In this document: piece after piece, positions 1 through 9,384 of the stretch
How the letters are laid out: every line of letters begins with the position of its first letter
How positions within the stretch are numbered: position 1 is the stretch's first letter
IMG/VR virus record: IMGVR_UViG_2579778613_000002
Coordinates: 1 to 19,866 of that record
DNA: 19,866 bases
Reading direction: 5' to 3' (one strand)
From: a virus
Lineage: Duplodnaviria; Heunggongvirae; Uroviricota; Caudoviricetes
Program-made: the position numbers and the translations under genes
Notes under the pieces: model-generated
Seen by the model: the letters and a program-made list of their open reading frames with translations, nothing else
Databases searched by the model: none
What the model was told of the DNA's origin: nothing

Positions 1-793
<793 letters not shown>

Positions 794-866
794 GTCGTTA
801 ATTCCTATGCGTGGTTTTACGATACCGAAGCCCTGACTGTTACCGCAGTTGGGGCTTCAACTTTCT
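794..866 (+). ncRNA. sar: sar-like small antisense RNA (about 70 nt) complementary to the ant start codon and RBS region
   Basis: Plus-strand promoter-like elements: -35 TTGATA (759-764), 17-bp spacer, -10 TATACT (782-787), predicted start near 794. Hairpin at 827-858 (GAAGCCC / GGGCTTC stem extended by ACTG/CAGT, hexaloop TTACCG) followed by a U-rich run AACTTTCTGCTCT. P22 has an antisense sar RNA of similar size at the equivalent position. Confidence 0.45.
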
Positions 867-1060
867 GCTCTATCAGTTATATCTTTCCCTTCATATACTT
901 CACCTATATTGCTAATGCTGGCAGAACATCCAAGATGCTTGTATCTTATGATGTCCAACACGCAGTCACTACACAGCATCCGACCTGTTTCTTTAGAGTA
1001 AATGTATGTTTGATCAGCGTCTGATTCGCTAATGCCGCAGAAACAACATTCTTTACTCAT
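857..1060 (-). CDS. Small Cys-rich protein (67 aa) with two CxxC motifs, putative zinc ribbon; function unknown
   Basis: ORF-track ORF. Its ATG (1060-1058) overlaps the arc stop in an ATGA arrangement, indicating translational coupling. CxxC pairs at C5/C8 and C30/C33 with a further Cys at 44. A GAGGGG SD-like element lies upstream inside arc. Confidence 0.6.
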   Translation of the reverse strand: MSKECCFCGISESDADQTYIYSKETGRMLCSDCVLDIIRYKHLGCSASISNIGEVYEGKDITDRAES

Positions 1061-1197
1061 ACCGTTATCCCCTCTCTCTTCAGGCTGTCCATCACCCGTT
1101 TAATTACTTCTGCACTAAATGAGCGACACTCTTCCTTTGCTTTCTCTTCAAGGATTTTTTCTAACTTCTCTGGCATACGCAGTGTTTTTACCTTCAT
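1057..1197 (-). CDS. arc: Arc-like ribbon-helix-helix repressor (46 aa)
   Basis: Below the ORF-track size cut-off; found by hand translation from ATG 1197-1195: MKVKTLRMPEKLEKILEEKAKEECRSFSAEVIKRVMDSLKREGITV, ending TGA 1059-1057. Pattern (beta-strand RMP, two helices, ...RVMDSLKREG) resembles P22 Arc. SD GGAGGA is 4 nt upstream of the ATG. Confidence 0.7.
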   Translation of the reverse strand: MKVKTLRMPEKLEKILEEKAKEECRSFSAEVIKRVMDSLKREGITV

Positions 1198-1302
1198 TGC
1201 ATCCTCCGTTGTATGTGGTACGCATACATAGTATTTAGGTACGCATTGATAGTCAATAGATACCTACATATCCTGTGGTAAAAAATTATTCAGGATGCGC
1301 CG
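1198..1302. promoter_or_regulatory. Divergent immI-type control region: Pant-like (minus) and Pmnt-like (plus) promoters with operator-like palindromes
   Basis: Minus-strand promoter: -35 TTGACT (complement of 1251-1256), 17-bp spacer, -10 TACTAT (complement of 1228-1233). Plus-strand promoter: -35 TTGATA (1246-1251), 17-bp spacer, -10 TATCCT (1269-1274). The two -35 hexamers overlap inside the perfect palindrome ATTGA-TAG-TCAAT (1245-1257), which is nested in a larger inverted repeat TAGGTA...TACCTA (1236-1266). Direct repeat GGTACGCAT occurs at 1217-1225 and 1238-1246, 21 bp apart. Confidence 0.55.
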
Positions 1303-1554
1303 ATGTCTGATCGTAAGTACAAAAACCCTCAAGTGAATCTGAGGCTTCCTGTAGAGATAAAGGAACGTCTTATTGAACTGGCTGAGGCTAATTCTCGTTC
1401 ATTAAATGCTGAGATGGTCGCAGCACTTGAAGCATGGACCGAAAAAAACAAACACATTCAAGCACTAGATCTTGCAACTATAGCATCGCGACTGATAGAG
1501 CTTGAGCATGATGTTGAGAAGTTAAAATGTATGCATGGCAATGGTGAAAAATGA
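1303..1554 (+). CDS. mnt: Mnt-like ribbon-helix-helix repressor (83 aa)
   Basis: ORF-track ORF. N-terminus ...NLRLPVEIKERLIELAEANSRSLNAEMVAALEAW has the RHH pattern of P22 Mnt (FNFRMPMEVREKLKFRAEANGRSMNSE...). C-terminal part looks coiled-coil like Mnt. Divergent from arc; SD AGGA at 1292-1295. Confidence 0.75.
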   Translation: MSDRKYKNPQVNLRLPVEIKERLIELAEANSRSLNAEMVAALEAWTEKNKHIQALDLATIASRLIELEHDVEKLKCMHGNGEK

Positions 1555-1868
1555 AACGTATCGCTATCCTATTGCTCCTGTGTCTCTCGAGCATAGCTAA
1601 CGCAGAAACAAAATCAGACGATAGCAGTTTTGATGAAATACAAGGCCTCATGATAGCTTCTAAAATGGCTGGTATGTGTGGTGCAATCAAACAAATGGCA
1701 ATATTCCAAGAATCTACAAACATGCCAGGTGGGAATGAATTCTTACAGAGATTCCTTACTACAGAGCAAGCAAGGCTCGGGATGACTCCGCAGCAATTTC
1801 TTGAAGCATGTCAGAAATCAATCTCTATTTATACCACCTATTACAATATGAGCTCTGAGAAAAAATAG
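1551..1868 (+). CDS. Predicted secreted (periplasmic) protein with cleavable signal peptide (105 aa); function unknown
   Basis: ORF-track ORF. Its ATG overlaps the mnt stop (ATGA), indicating translational coupling. N-terminus MKRIAILLLLCLSSIANA-ETK is a typical Sec signal peptide with an AXA cleavage site. Mature part has two Cys. Confidence 0.6.
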   Translation: MKRIAILLLLCLSSIANAETKSDDSSFDEIQGLMIASKMAGMCGAIKQMAIFQESTNMPGGNEFLQRFLTTEQARLGMTPQQFLEACQKSISIYTTYYNMSSEKK

Positions 1869-1877
1869 ACTAGGATT

Positions 1878-2063
1878 TCAACGGCTTCCGCGTCCCTGAG
1901 TAATTCTGTTGCGGATTTGCTTCTTGCGGTGGTTTAAGCTGGATAGCTTGGCTTCTGCTTCTGATATTTGCGCATCTAGATCTTTAAGCTCAAGATCTGA
2001 AAGTCGCTGGTCAAGCAGGGTTTGATTCAACTCAATGTTGTTCAAACGTTCTTCTATGGTCAT
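1878..2063 (-). CDS. Small charged coiled-coil protein (61 aa); function unknown
   Basis: ORF-track ORF. Strong SD AAGGAG is 5-6 nt upstream of the ATG (ATAAGGAGTAATC-ATG). Sequence is heptad-like and highly charged. Lies immediately downstream of the terminator at 2077-2105. Confidence 0.55.
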   Translation of the reverse strand: MTIEERLNNIELNQTLLDQRLSDLELKDLDAQISEAEAKLSSLNHRKKQIRNRITQGRGSR

Positions 2064-2076
2064 GATTACTCCTTAT

Positions 2077-2105
2077 AAAAAACCCACCTGACGGTGGGTT
2101 TCATT
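2077..2105 (-). terminator. Rho-independent terminator (bidirectional hairpin) downstream of the lipoprotein gene
   Basis: Plus strand reads AAAAAA-CCCACC-TGAC-GGTGGG-TTTCATTTC (stem 2083-2088 / 2093-2098). On the minus strand the hairpin is followed by UUUUUUAU; on the plus strand by UUUCAUUUCUU. Confidence 0.65.
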
Positions 2106-2107
2106 TC

Positions 2108-2539
2108 TTAATCTTGCTTTGTGGACGGTATAAGGGATGCGTTTGCCTCTTTTGGCTTCAAGGTATACATCCCACCATTAAATGGATCAACAGCAAGCCA
2201 ACCAATTAACCCACCAAACACAAGGTTTCCACCAATATACCAACCATTAGCATTGGCTTTGATTGGCAGGGTAACTGGTTCATACCCATCCTTCTCCATA
2301 GTGATCTGGTAGTTCTTTTTGCCAAAATAGCTACCATCTGACTTGGCGAGCGTTACACCTTGTGGGGTCCTACCTTGCGCAACAATCACACCTGACTCAT
2401 CTTTTACCTTAAAGCTCGCGCCAGAAGGATTGCTGTTCACTTGCACAAGTTGCGTTTCATCACCAACAATAGTTGCGCACCCAGATAACATCATAGCGCC
2501 AGCAACGACGCCAATAATCCTCTTCATATCAATTTCCAT
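2108..2539 (-). CDS. Predicted lipoprotein (PEGA-like beta region plus glycine-zipper hydrophobic segment); candidate moron/superinfection-exclusion protein
   Basis: ORF-track ORF. Signal peptide with lipobox: MKRIIGVVAGAMMLSG-C. The true start is probably the ATG at 2527 (MKRIIG...). Middle region (VQVNSNPSGASFKVKDESG...GRTPQGV...KDGYEPV) fits the PEGA-type pattern; C-terminal GWYIGGNLVFGGLIGWLAV is a glycine-zipper-like hydrophobic stretch. Own terminator downstream. Confidence 0.65.
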   Translation of the reverse strand: MEIDMKRIIGVVAGAMMLSGCATIVGDETQLVQVNSNPSGASFKVKDESGVIVAQGRTPQGVTLAKSDGSYFGKKNYQITMEKDGYEPVTLPIKANANGWYIGGNLVFGGLIGWLAVDPFNGGMYTLKPKEANASLIPSTKQD

Positions 2540-2644
2540 ATTTAAAAAACCGGAAACATCCTAATGACAAACCATTCAAATGTGAAGTAGGCAAAAGATG
2601 TTTACTTTTTTCATGGTATCCTGCTCAAAACTAAGGAGGTTGGT

Positions 2645-2833
2645 GTGAAGAAAAAATTTGTAAACGTTGCAAAGTGCGCAATTTTTATATTTTTTATGAC
2701 CTTTTACGGATTTAGTGCCGGAGAAGGTTTCGATCGTGATGCCAATGCATTCAGTTTCTTTTGTCTGTCTATAGTGGTCATAATTGTATGGGTGGAATTA
2801 AAGCAAACATTGTTTCATGTGCTAAGGAAATAA
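2645..2833 (+). CDS. Small hydrophobic membrane protein (62 aa, two predicted TM helices); function unknown
   Basis: ORF-track ORF with GTG start preceded by a strong SD AAGGAGGT (2633-2640). Two hydrophobic stretches (AIFIFFMTFYGF and FFCLSIVVIIVWV). Visibly AT-rich. Convergent with gp16; no convincing promoter found. Confidence 0.5.
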   Translation: MKKKFVNVAKCAIFIFFMTFYGFSAGEGFDRDANAFSFFCLSIVVIIVWVELKQTLFHVLRK

Positions 2834-2850
2834 CCATCCATGGCATTTAG

Positions 2851-4692
2851 TCACTGCTGTGTTGCCTCAGTGGCAAGCAGCGGTCTGATGGCATTTGCAG
2901 CGTTACTTAATGCTCTTTCATAGGCTGGCGTTCCTGCTTTGGTGTTTGCCAGACGTAAGAGCGCATTCCTTGCTGCTTTGGACTCATACAAGCGCATCAT
3001 TGCACCGAAACCAGCCTCAAGCCCCATTGATACGCCAAGAGTCGCAGTTGCGCCAATCGTCCTTATCCTGTTGGCTTGCGATTGCCCCGTCTGAGTTACT
3101 ACATTTGCGGTGTCTGACCTTGCTGTTTGCTGTAGAACTTCATGAAGAGCATCAAGCTCTTTCATGTGCTTTCCAGAAAAAATAGTGTTGTAAATTTCAC
3201 CACCTGACTGAGATTTCAGCTTATTAACTTCAGTGATGAACTTGGCTGGAGAGTCACCGGCCTTTTCCGCTATTTTGCTGACGTAAGCTGCACGCATAGC
3301 ATCTTTCCCTTTATCATCCAGTGCGCTCCAGATTCGTTTCACGTCAGATGGTTTTCTGCTTAATACAACGGTATTTATAAGTTCAGGACTGGCTTCACTG
3401 CTTGCCTTGTTGAGCTTGTTGGCAATGTTTTTATTAAGCACCTTATTATAAACGTTTGCATAATCGGAATTTGCTTTAAGGTATTTTGCTGCGTCTGATG
3501 CACCGAGGTTTTTAGCAACTGCGTTACGAAGGTCTTTTGACATTGCATTCTCTACCATATTGGTAGCTGCTTTTGCCTGGTTGGGGAAGACCATAGCATC
3601 TCCCTGAACATTAGATCTAAATGCTGTTCTGTGCTGACGCAAGAGATCAAACGTAACATCCAAATCAGTTGCAGGGTTTGCTAATTCTTCACGTAGGTTA
3701 CGCAAGGATGTAAGCAGGCTTTGATTGGCAGACGTCCCAAGCCGTTCCTGTCTTGCGATCGCTGTATTCAGAGCATTCATGGTATTTGTGGTATCAACTG
3801 CGGCATTACCCATTTTATTGGTGACGTCATTGATAACAGCGCCAGCGGCATCCTTCCGCCCCCTTAACGTGGTGGTAAGAGATTTCACCACATCATCAGG
3901 GTTGTACTCACCAAAACGGTCAAAATAATTGCTTACCAGCTTACTACGCGTTGCATATTGCTCAGCTCGCTTTGAGCCTGTCCCGAGCAAAGCCCCCTCA
4001 GCATCCTGAGTAAGTCCGCGAGTGAAAGCATTTTTCGGCGGGATAACATCAGATGTCATTGGTGTCACGCCCATCGATTCTGATGTGGCAATTTTCTTCG
4101 CCACTTCTGGCGCAATATCACCTTTTATAGCCGTTATTCCACGCCCTATTCCCTTTGCTGCTGCGGAAAGAACACCCTGAGCGGCAAGGTTAACTCCGGC
4201 ATTTTTAGCTGCATTTTGTGCGAAATCGCCTTTCTGATTTGCGGCCTCTGCCAGTGATCCAATAGCCATGCTTCCTGCCGTTCCAACTCCTGGAACTAAA
4301 TACCCGCCAATTGTTTCTCCAGCTTGCGCATAAGGGTCTGTCGGTCGCTCGACAGGGCGATAAACATCATCCAAAACCTTGGGGCCGCCAAGCCCCTGGC
4401 TGATTGCATTAATCAGACTTGCGCCACCCTGCAATACGTCAAATGGTATGTTTACCAGACCACGACCAGCCTGTTCTGCAATTTGCCCTGCACTTTTACC
4501 ACCTGTGAGCCAATCACCAGCTTGTTGCATCAATGATGGTTCTTCCCGTGTTGGTGCATTATTGGCCTGATTAACTGTTTGTTGCTGAACAGCCTGACCA
4601 GCAAAATACTCATCAATGGCGGTGCCAATATCTTCGGTGCTCGTACCATCAGGAAAGGTAAATGTCTTACCGTTTGCAGTTACTTTCATCAT
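2851..4692 (-). CDS. gp16: Ejection (DNA transfer) protein, P22 gp16 homolog (613 aa)
   Basis: ORF-track ORF. Size and position (last gene of the late operon, after gp20) match P22 gene 16. Gly/Ala/Gln-rich composition typical of ejection proteins. Start overlaps the gp20 stop. Confidence 0.8.
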   Translation of the reverse strand: MMKVTANGKTFTFPDGTSTEDIGTAIDEYFAGQAVQQQTVNQANNAPTREEPSLMQQAGDWLTGGKSAGQIAEQAGRGLVNIPFDVLQGGASLINAISQGLGGPKVLDDVYRPVERPTDPYAQAGETIGGYLVPGVGTAGSMAIGSLAEAANQKGDFAQNAAKNAGVNLAAQGVLSAAAKGIGRGITAIKGDIAPEVAKKIATSESMGVTPMTSDVIPPKNAFTRGLTQDAEGALLGTGSKRAEQYATRSKLVSNYFDRFGEYNPDDVVKSLTTTLRGRKDAAGAVINDVTNKMGNAAVDTTNTMNALNTAIARQERLGTSANQSLLTSLRNLREELANPATDLDVTFDLLRQHRTAFRSNVQGDAMVFPNQAKAATNMVENAMSKDLRNAVAKNLGASDAAKYLKANSDYANVYNKVLNKNIANKLNKASSEASPELINTVVLSRKPSDVKRIWSALDDKGKDAMRAAYVSKIAEKAGDSPAKFITEVNKLKSQSGGEIYNTIFSGKHMKELDALHEVLQQTARSDTANVVTQTGQSQANRIRTIGATATLGVSMGLEAGFGAMMRLYESKAARNALLRLANTKAGTPAYERALSNAANAIRPLLATEATQQ

Positions 4693-6104
4693 TCCACCGT
4701 AAATTGAATGCCTGATTTTGAGGTATATGACCCAACCTGATTCCGTGGTTCTCCTGAAGGTGTCGAATCTTGTGCTGGCGCTGCGTCAGTATTCATTGAC
4801 ATATACCGCTTAACGGCACTCCCCAATGATTCACCTTTTTTAACATCCAACCCCAATATCTGACCGCCATTACGCGATTGTCCTGGATTGCCATTCGCGC
4901 TCATCCACTCGGCTTTAAACTCATTAAACTGCGCGTTTCGTCGCTCAAGGTTTGCCATCGCATCAAGCCATCTTGCGACCGTCTCAGGGTTATCCATGTC
5001 AGTTGGTGCACCCTGCCGAACGATCTCAACGTCTTTATCCGTTGCGGGGCCGGGAGGTAGGAATTTAAGAACCTGACTGTTAACAAGGGCATTTTGGCGG
5101 ATGCGCAAATCACGCAATGTTGTATCGCTTCCGGTAAGTTTTGCGAACATGTTCTGTGCGTTACCGAACAAACCTGTCGTTGGTTTTTCTGCTCTGAACT
5201 GTTGAGCAAGCGCACTCATGGAATTGGCTGAGTTTGATGATGCTGTAGCATTGTTTACAGCCGTCTCGATGCCTTTTTCCATGTTTACTGACAGCTTAGG
5301 TGCTTCGCTAATCAACTGCTGAGCCTTTTCCTGTGCTTGCTGCATCTTAAACCCGAACTCTTGCTGATCCAGAGCCAAGCGTTGTGCTGCGATATTGTGT
5401 CCAGTCATTGCTGACTGATAGGAAAGGTTTTGCCCTCTCGCCTGAAGTGCTTCTCCAGCCTGATTGCTGCGGATTGTCTCTGCAAGTTTGCCTCGGTCAA
5501 TTTCACGACCAGCCATCTTGTCCTGAACAGCAAACGCCTTTTCTGGTCCAAGCGCACCGAGAGACATAGTAGTCAACATGTGTGATAGCTGCTCTGGATT
5601 ATGGATACCTGTCTGAATCATCCAGTCAGCATTCGCCCCCACGCGATTTAACCTGTCCTTGTTGTCAGTAATGAATTTACTGTAGGCTTCCGGTCCCTGA
5701 GAAAGAGCGACGTTAGCCCTTATGGCTAAATCGCCCATATCGTTGCGTTGCTGATCATTAAGACCGGAAAACGCCTGTTGTGCCTGTGCAACAAACGCTG
5801 GATTTTCCTGGGCAAACTTAAATAGTCCCGATGGATCACCAGAAGCCCATGCATCAGCGTGAACCTTATTGAACGCACTAATCGCTTTCTGTTGCTGTTC
5901 CTGATTGTAAATATCAGCAACTCCAGCCAGACCACGTAACGCGGTCAGACCAACGTTATTTGCACCTGAGCGAGCCAGTTCATTGTTTTCGCGGATCAGA
6001 CCAAGCGTTGCGTTAATGTCGCTTGCCTTTGGCGCATTCTCATTTTGCGTACCGATGCCAGCCAGAAAACCACCAGAATTAATACCCTGTTGCCACGTAG
6101 CCAT
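4689..6104 (-). CDS. gp20: Ejection protein, P22 gp20 homolog (471 aa)
   Basis: ORF-track ORF. Length and position between gp7 and gp16 match P22 gene 20. Confidence 0.8.
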   Translation of the reverse strand: MATWQQGINSGGFLAGIGTQNENAPKASDINATLGLIRENNELARSGANNVGLTALRGLAGVADIYNQEQQQKAISAFNKVHADAWASGDPSGLFKFAQENPAFVAQAQQAFSGLNDQQRNDMGDLAIRANVALSQGPEAYSKFITDNKDRLNRVGANADWMIQTGIHNPEQLSHMLTTMSLGALGPEKAFAVQDKMAGREIDRGKLAETIRSNQAGEALQARGQNLSYQSAMTGHNIAAQRLALDQQEFGFKMQQAQEKAQQLISEAPKLSVNMEKGIETAVNNATASSNSANSMSALAQQFRAEKPTTGLFGNAQNMFAKLTGSDTTLRDLRIRQNALVNSQVLKFLPPGPATDKDVEIVRQGAPTDMDNPETVARWLDAMANLERRNAQFNEFKAEWMSANGNPGQSRNGGQILGLDVKKGESLGSAVKRYMSMNTDAAPAQDSTPSGEPRNQVGSYTSKSGIQFTVE

Positions 6105-6114
6105 TGATTACTCC

Positions 6115-6807
6115 TTAAAACAACGAGCCAAGCAGACCAAGACCGCCGCCGATCGCAGCCCCCCACGGAGTTGATGAACCAATTAATTTCGCAAGTCCGG
6201 CCCCAGCAATAGCACCAGACGCACCTCCGCCAATAGCAGATTGCATTGCTGATGGTCTGTTGGCATTTGCCGCTGCAAGAGCCGCACTTTGCTGCGAAAT
6301 CTGACTCATGTTGTTGGCATATGTCTGCCCGGCGTTTGCCTGACCTTGCAGTGCGCCAAGACCAATATTTGCCAGATTCTGGTAGTTGTTCATCTGACCA
6401 GATAGCCATTGCTGACCAAGCGTTGGTGCGATTGTTGCTAACTGATTACTGGTTGCGGTGGAACCCAATCCACCTGTTGCTTCCGCTGCCGCCAGACTCT
6501 GATAGCGAGCCTGACCAGCAAGATCTTTGTACTGCTGAGAGTTGTAATACTGGTTAAGCGCCTGACCTTGCCCCTCCAGAGACGATAAGTTTTCGAGGCT
6601 TCCGACATACTTATCAGCCAGAGGAGTAAACGGCTTCAGGTTGTTCATGATGGTGTTGAACTGCTGATTTTGCAGGTCTGCTGCATACTTCTGAGCTTCT
6701 GCGGCATACTTTGCGCTTTTATCAGAACTGCCACCTTTCCCACCCTTTTCAGGGCAATAAGGTTCCTCGCCGCGCAGTTTTCTGCCCAGCTTAAATGCAT
6801 ATAACAT
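6115..6807 (-). CDS. gp7: Ejection protein, P22 gp7 homolog (230 aa)
   Basis: ORF-track ORF. N-terminus MLYAFKLGRKLRGEEPYCPEKGGKGGSSDK... and the Gly-rich C-terminal tail match P22 gp7 as I recall it (229 aa). Confidence 0.8.
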   Translation of the reverse strand: MLYAFKLGRKLRGEEPYCPEKGGKGGSSDKSAKYAAEAQKYAADLQNQQFNTIMNNLKPFTPLADKYVGSLENLSSLEGQGQALNQYYNSQQYKDLAGQARYQSLAAAEATGGLGSTATSNQLATIAPTLGQQWLSGQMNNYQNLANIGLGALQGQANAGQTYANNMSQISQQSAALAAANANRPSAMQSAIGGGASGAIAGAGLAKLIGSSTPWGAAIGGGLGLLGSLF

Positions 6808-6809
6808 GG

Positions 6810-7265
6810 CTATCTCCCGTGATTCAGGAAGTCGATTAGTTCTTCGCGTGTGGCGCTGTAAAAAGTCACGTCATCCACGCCTTTAAAGTATTTCTTGATG
6901 GTTCCTACACGCTTAAGGCCAATCATTGCGCAGTACATCTGCCCGTGGCGGAATTTGCGTGCAGCGAACGATGTGACGCACTGAACGGTGGTGTTAGTCA
7001 GAATGTATCGCCAGAACGCCATCCCGATTTCCTTGCTGAATCCGCGAATCTCTGGCAGGTACATGGCGTGGCAATCAAAGGTCAAAGGCTGAATCTCCTG
7101 ATAGTAAACAATTCCGCCGAACTGCCCGTGCACGTTCACCTCAAAGTAACGGCAATCAGGTTTGTAGTCGTATCCATCACCGTTGTTGCTCCCGGCGATA
7201 ATGTCAGGGTGATTTCCGACTGCTTCGATCAGGTCAATGTTTCGCGTTGGTTTGAATGTAATCAT
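6810..7265 (-). CDS. Gene-14-position protein (151 aa); putative head/ejection-protein assembly factor
   Basis: ORF-track ORF located between the tail-needle gene and gp7, where P22 has gene 14. Assigned by synteny and size only; I do not recall the sequence well enough to confirm homology. Confidence 0.5.
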   Translation of the reverse strand: MITFKPTRNIDLIEAVGNHPDIIAGSNNGDGYDYKPDCRYFEVNVHGQFGGIVYYQEIQPLTFDCHAMYLPEIRGFSKEIGMAFWRYILTNTTVQCVTSFAARKFRHGQMYCAMIGLKRVGTIKKYFKGVDDVTFYSATREELIDFLNHGR

Positions 7266-7966
7266 CAGTCAATCAGCCCATGTAATCTAAGTGCCGTTTC
7301 AAGCGCCAGAATACGCTGCCGCGCCTGCTGCAAACCTGTAGCGAGAGATGCGACTTCGGATTGTGTGTACGTAGTGCCGACAGTGTATGACTGGTTAGCG
7401 TTGAATGAGCCAAGAAGTGGCGTACCTGTGGCTGCTGTCCACCCTGTCTGACGAGCACCAATAACCTTGGTGCCGCCGACCGAATAGGATGTTGTTACAT
7501 TGAGGGGAGATGCCAGCGATTGTGTTGCAGTGGCTGTTTTCGATACATAGTCGTCCTGTAATGCAGAAATGTTGCTCTCAGCAGTCGTAACCCGGCCATC
7601 AAGAGCGCTGACGTCAGCCTGTAAAGTGACTATTTCTCCTTCAGCCGTGGTTAGTCTGACATCCAGCTCTGCAATTGCCGCAGTATTCGCAGCAATACGG
7701 ATTTCATGGTCATCTACTTCAATGCGGAGCTGACGAATTCTTTCTTCGTGATCGACCAGAATCACATCCTGCTCATCGTTCCTGACTTGTGCGTCATAAG
7801 CGCCCTGTCCGGCCTCGTTGGCCTTGTTCGCCACGTTACCAACATCAGTACCCTGTGCGATAACGTAAAGCAGATATGACTGCGAGAAGATATTGCGTGG
7901 AAGGATTGATGTATCGAGCTGCGTCGCCTGAACAATAACAGGTGTATTGAGATTCGAATCAGCCAT
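7265..7966 (-). CDS. gp26: Tail needle protein, P22 gp26 homolog (233 aa)
   Basis: ORF-track ORF. N-terminus [43 protein letters not shown] and the central coiled-coil region (RVTTAEGEI...[17 protein letters not shown]) match P22 gp26; same length. Confidence 0.85.
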   Translation of the reverse strand: MADSNLNTPVIVQATQLDTSILPRNIFSQSYLLYVIAQGTDVGNVANKANEAGQGAYDAQVRNDEQDVILVDHEERIRQLRIEVDDHEIRIAANTAAIAELDVRLTTAEGEIVTLQADVSALDGRVTTAESNISALQDDYVSKTATATQSLASPLNVTTSYSVGGTKVIGARQTGWTAATGTPLLGSFNANQSYTVGTTYTQSEVASLATGLQQARQRILALETALRLHGLID

Positions 7967-9384
7967 TACTCAATCCTTATCTGGCAGCCAGACAGAGTGA
8001 CAGGTGACTTCGTGATAACACGCAATTTGAAGCCGACATTTTTCCTGATGCGCCCAACTCGCTTCCACAAAACGCGCTTGTCGTAAACGAACGGTTCATT
8101 CTGCTCAATCATCTGCTCACGACCGTAATTGATGCCGTCAGTGGTTGCAGAGAGGAACAGGCGGTCAGCGTACTGAGCGACACCAGTCGATGATTCAACT
8201 TCCAGATCAAAACATCTGGCGTTCTCAGCTTTGAAGAGTGGTGTAAACAACAGGTGTTCTTGCTGTAGTCCATACTGGCTGCTGATATCGAACTGCAATT
8301 TGCCGGTCACGGACTCCAGCTTATCGCCGCACGTTATCTGATTGCCTTCGTAAATAAAGTCGATAGCGCGGTACACATCGTCATACAGTCCAGTTTTCAG
8401 CGCACACCATTGCGGACCATTGGTACTTGAAGATGCGTCGTACACGAGTACATGGCGCGGAAGATGGATAATCAGCAACTCATGCGCATCAAACCGCAGC
8501 GATTCCATCACACCATCAGCCAGTTCATCAGCAGTGTAGGAGCGGAGAATTTTCTCAATGCTCGCGCTGGCGATTGGTGATACCTGACCGGAGCCGATGA
8601 TGTATACAGACGGCGCACCTGTTGCCGGATTGCTGATGAACGCATAAGAATCAGCAAACGGCGTTTTGCAGTAAGTTCCGGCAATACCTTTCTGCACCAT
8701 CAATGATGGCTGTGCGACATACAAAGCGGCACCAGCGGTGGTTGCCCCCGTCAGGGAGAAATATTCAATCGTCGATGAACCAAAGCAGACGATGAAGTCT
8801 CGCCATGTTCCGATGCCGATGATGCCGTCAGGCTGAGACTCTGCACGATATTGTGCGCTGTATCGGTCAGGGTGCGATTCGTCTTCAAGGTCAGTGATAA
8901 ACCATGAATCAGTGCCGTCTTTTGACCACGCATAACGCCCACGCAAGCGCGTAATGTCACGAACCGAACCTAACTCATACTGAGTGAATCCGCTATCTGC
9001 AGGCCAGTTTGAGACGGTTTTAACCGTGCCATCATAGCGATACTCTACCAGTTGACCATTAACGCCTACAGCCTGAGATGTCCGACCATGCGCCATTGAT
9101 ACACGACCACTTCCGGCAACATCACCGACTTCGCTTTCGCCCTTATACAGCTTGCCCCCACACACGCGATATACAGCACTCTGCGCCATGTTGTACTCGA
9201 CGCCGCGCGATATACCGTTCACATCAGAACGTTTGGCAATGCCCGGGAATGAGCGAAGATATCCGCTGCTGTTAAGGATTTCTTTGGGTGTAGCCAGCAT
9301 ATTCACTGGCAGATAGTCGATGTAGTCGGCGTTTCGGAAATCTTTGCCGACACCTTTCATAAGCGGAAGTTGCTGAATCGGCAT
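7966..9384 (-). CDS. gp10: Tail hub / head completion protein, P22 gp10 homolog (472 aa)
   Basis: ORF-track ORF. Length identical to P22 gp10 and position between gp4 and gp26. Confidence 0.8.
   Translation of the reverse strand: MPIQQLPLMKGVGKDFRNADYIDYLPVNMLATPKEILNSSGYLRSFPGIAKRSDVNGISRGVEYNMAQSAVYRVCGGKLYKGESEVGDVAGSGRVSMAHGRTSQAVGVNGQLVEYRYDGTVKTVSNWPADSGFTQYELGSVRDITRLRGRYAWSKDGTDSWFITDLEDESHPDRYSAQYRAESQPDGIIGIGTWRDFIVCFGSSTIEYFSLTGATTAGAALYVAQPSLMVQKGIAGTYCKTPFADSYAFISNPATGAPSVYIIGSGQVSPIASASIEKILRSYTADELADGVMESLRFDAHELLIIHLPRHVLVYDASSSTNGPQWCALKTGLYDDVYRAIDFIYEGNQITCGDKLESVTGKLQFDISSQYGLQQEHLLFTPLFKAENARCFDLEVESSTGVAQYADRLFLSATTDGINYGREQMIEQNEPFVYDKRVLWKRVGRIRKNVGFKLRVITKSPVTLSGCQIRIE

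Noticed and set aside
2540-2644. Candidate promoters for the lipoprotein gene (minus) and the 62-aa membrane ORF (plus)
   Set aside because: Only weak matches were found (e.g. minus-strand TTGTCA, 18 bp, TTTAAA; plus-strand TGgTATCCT lying too close to the SD). They are not convincing enough to annotate as features.
2895-6557. Plus-strand ORFs and nested minus-strand ORFs inside the gp16, gp20 and gp7 genes (e.g. 2895-3185, 3725-3928, 4324-4570, 4878-5215, 5384-5935, 5983-6409, 6246-6557)
   Set aside because: They are embedded antisense or out of frame within well-supported ejection-protein genes and have no RBS, which is typical of spurious ORFs in GC-balanced coding DNA.
6945-9275. ORFs 6945-7451 (+), 7273-7461 (-), 8751-8960 (-) and 9078-9275 (+) within gp14, gp26 and gp10
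   Set aside because: Overlap conserved structural genes on the opposite strand or in another frame; no independent support.
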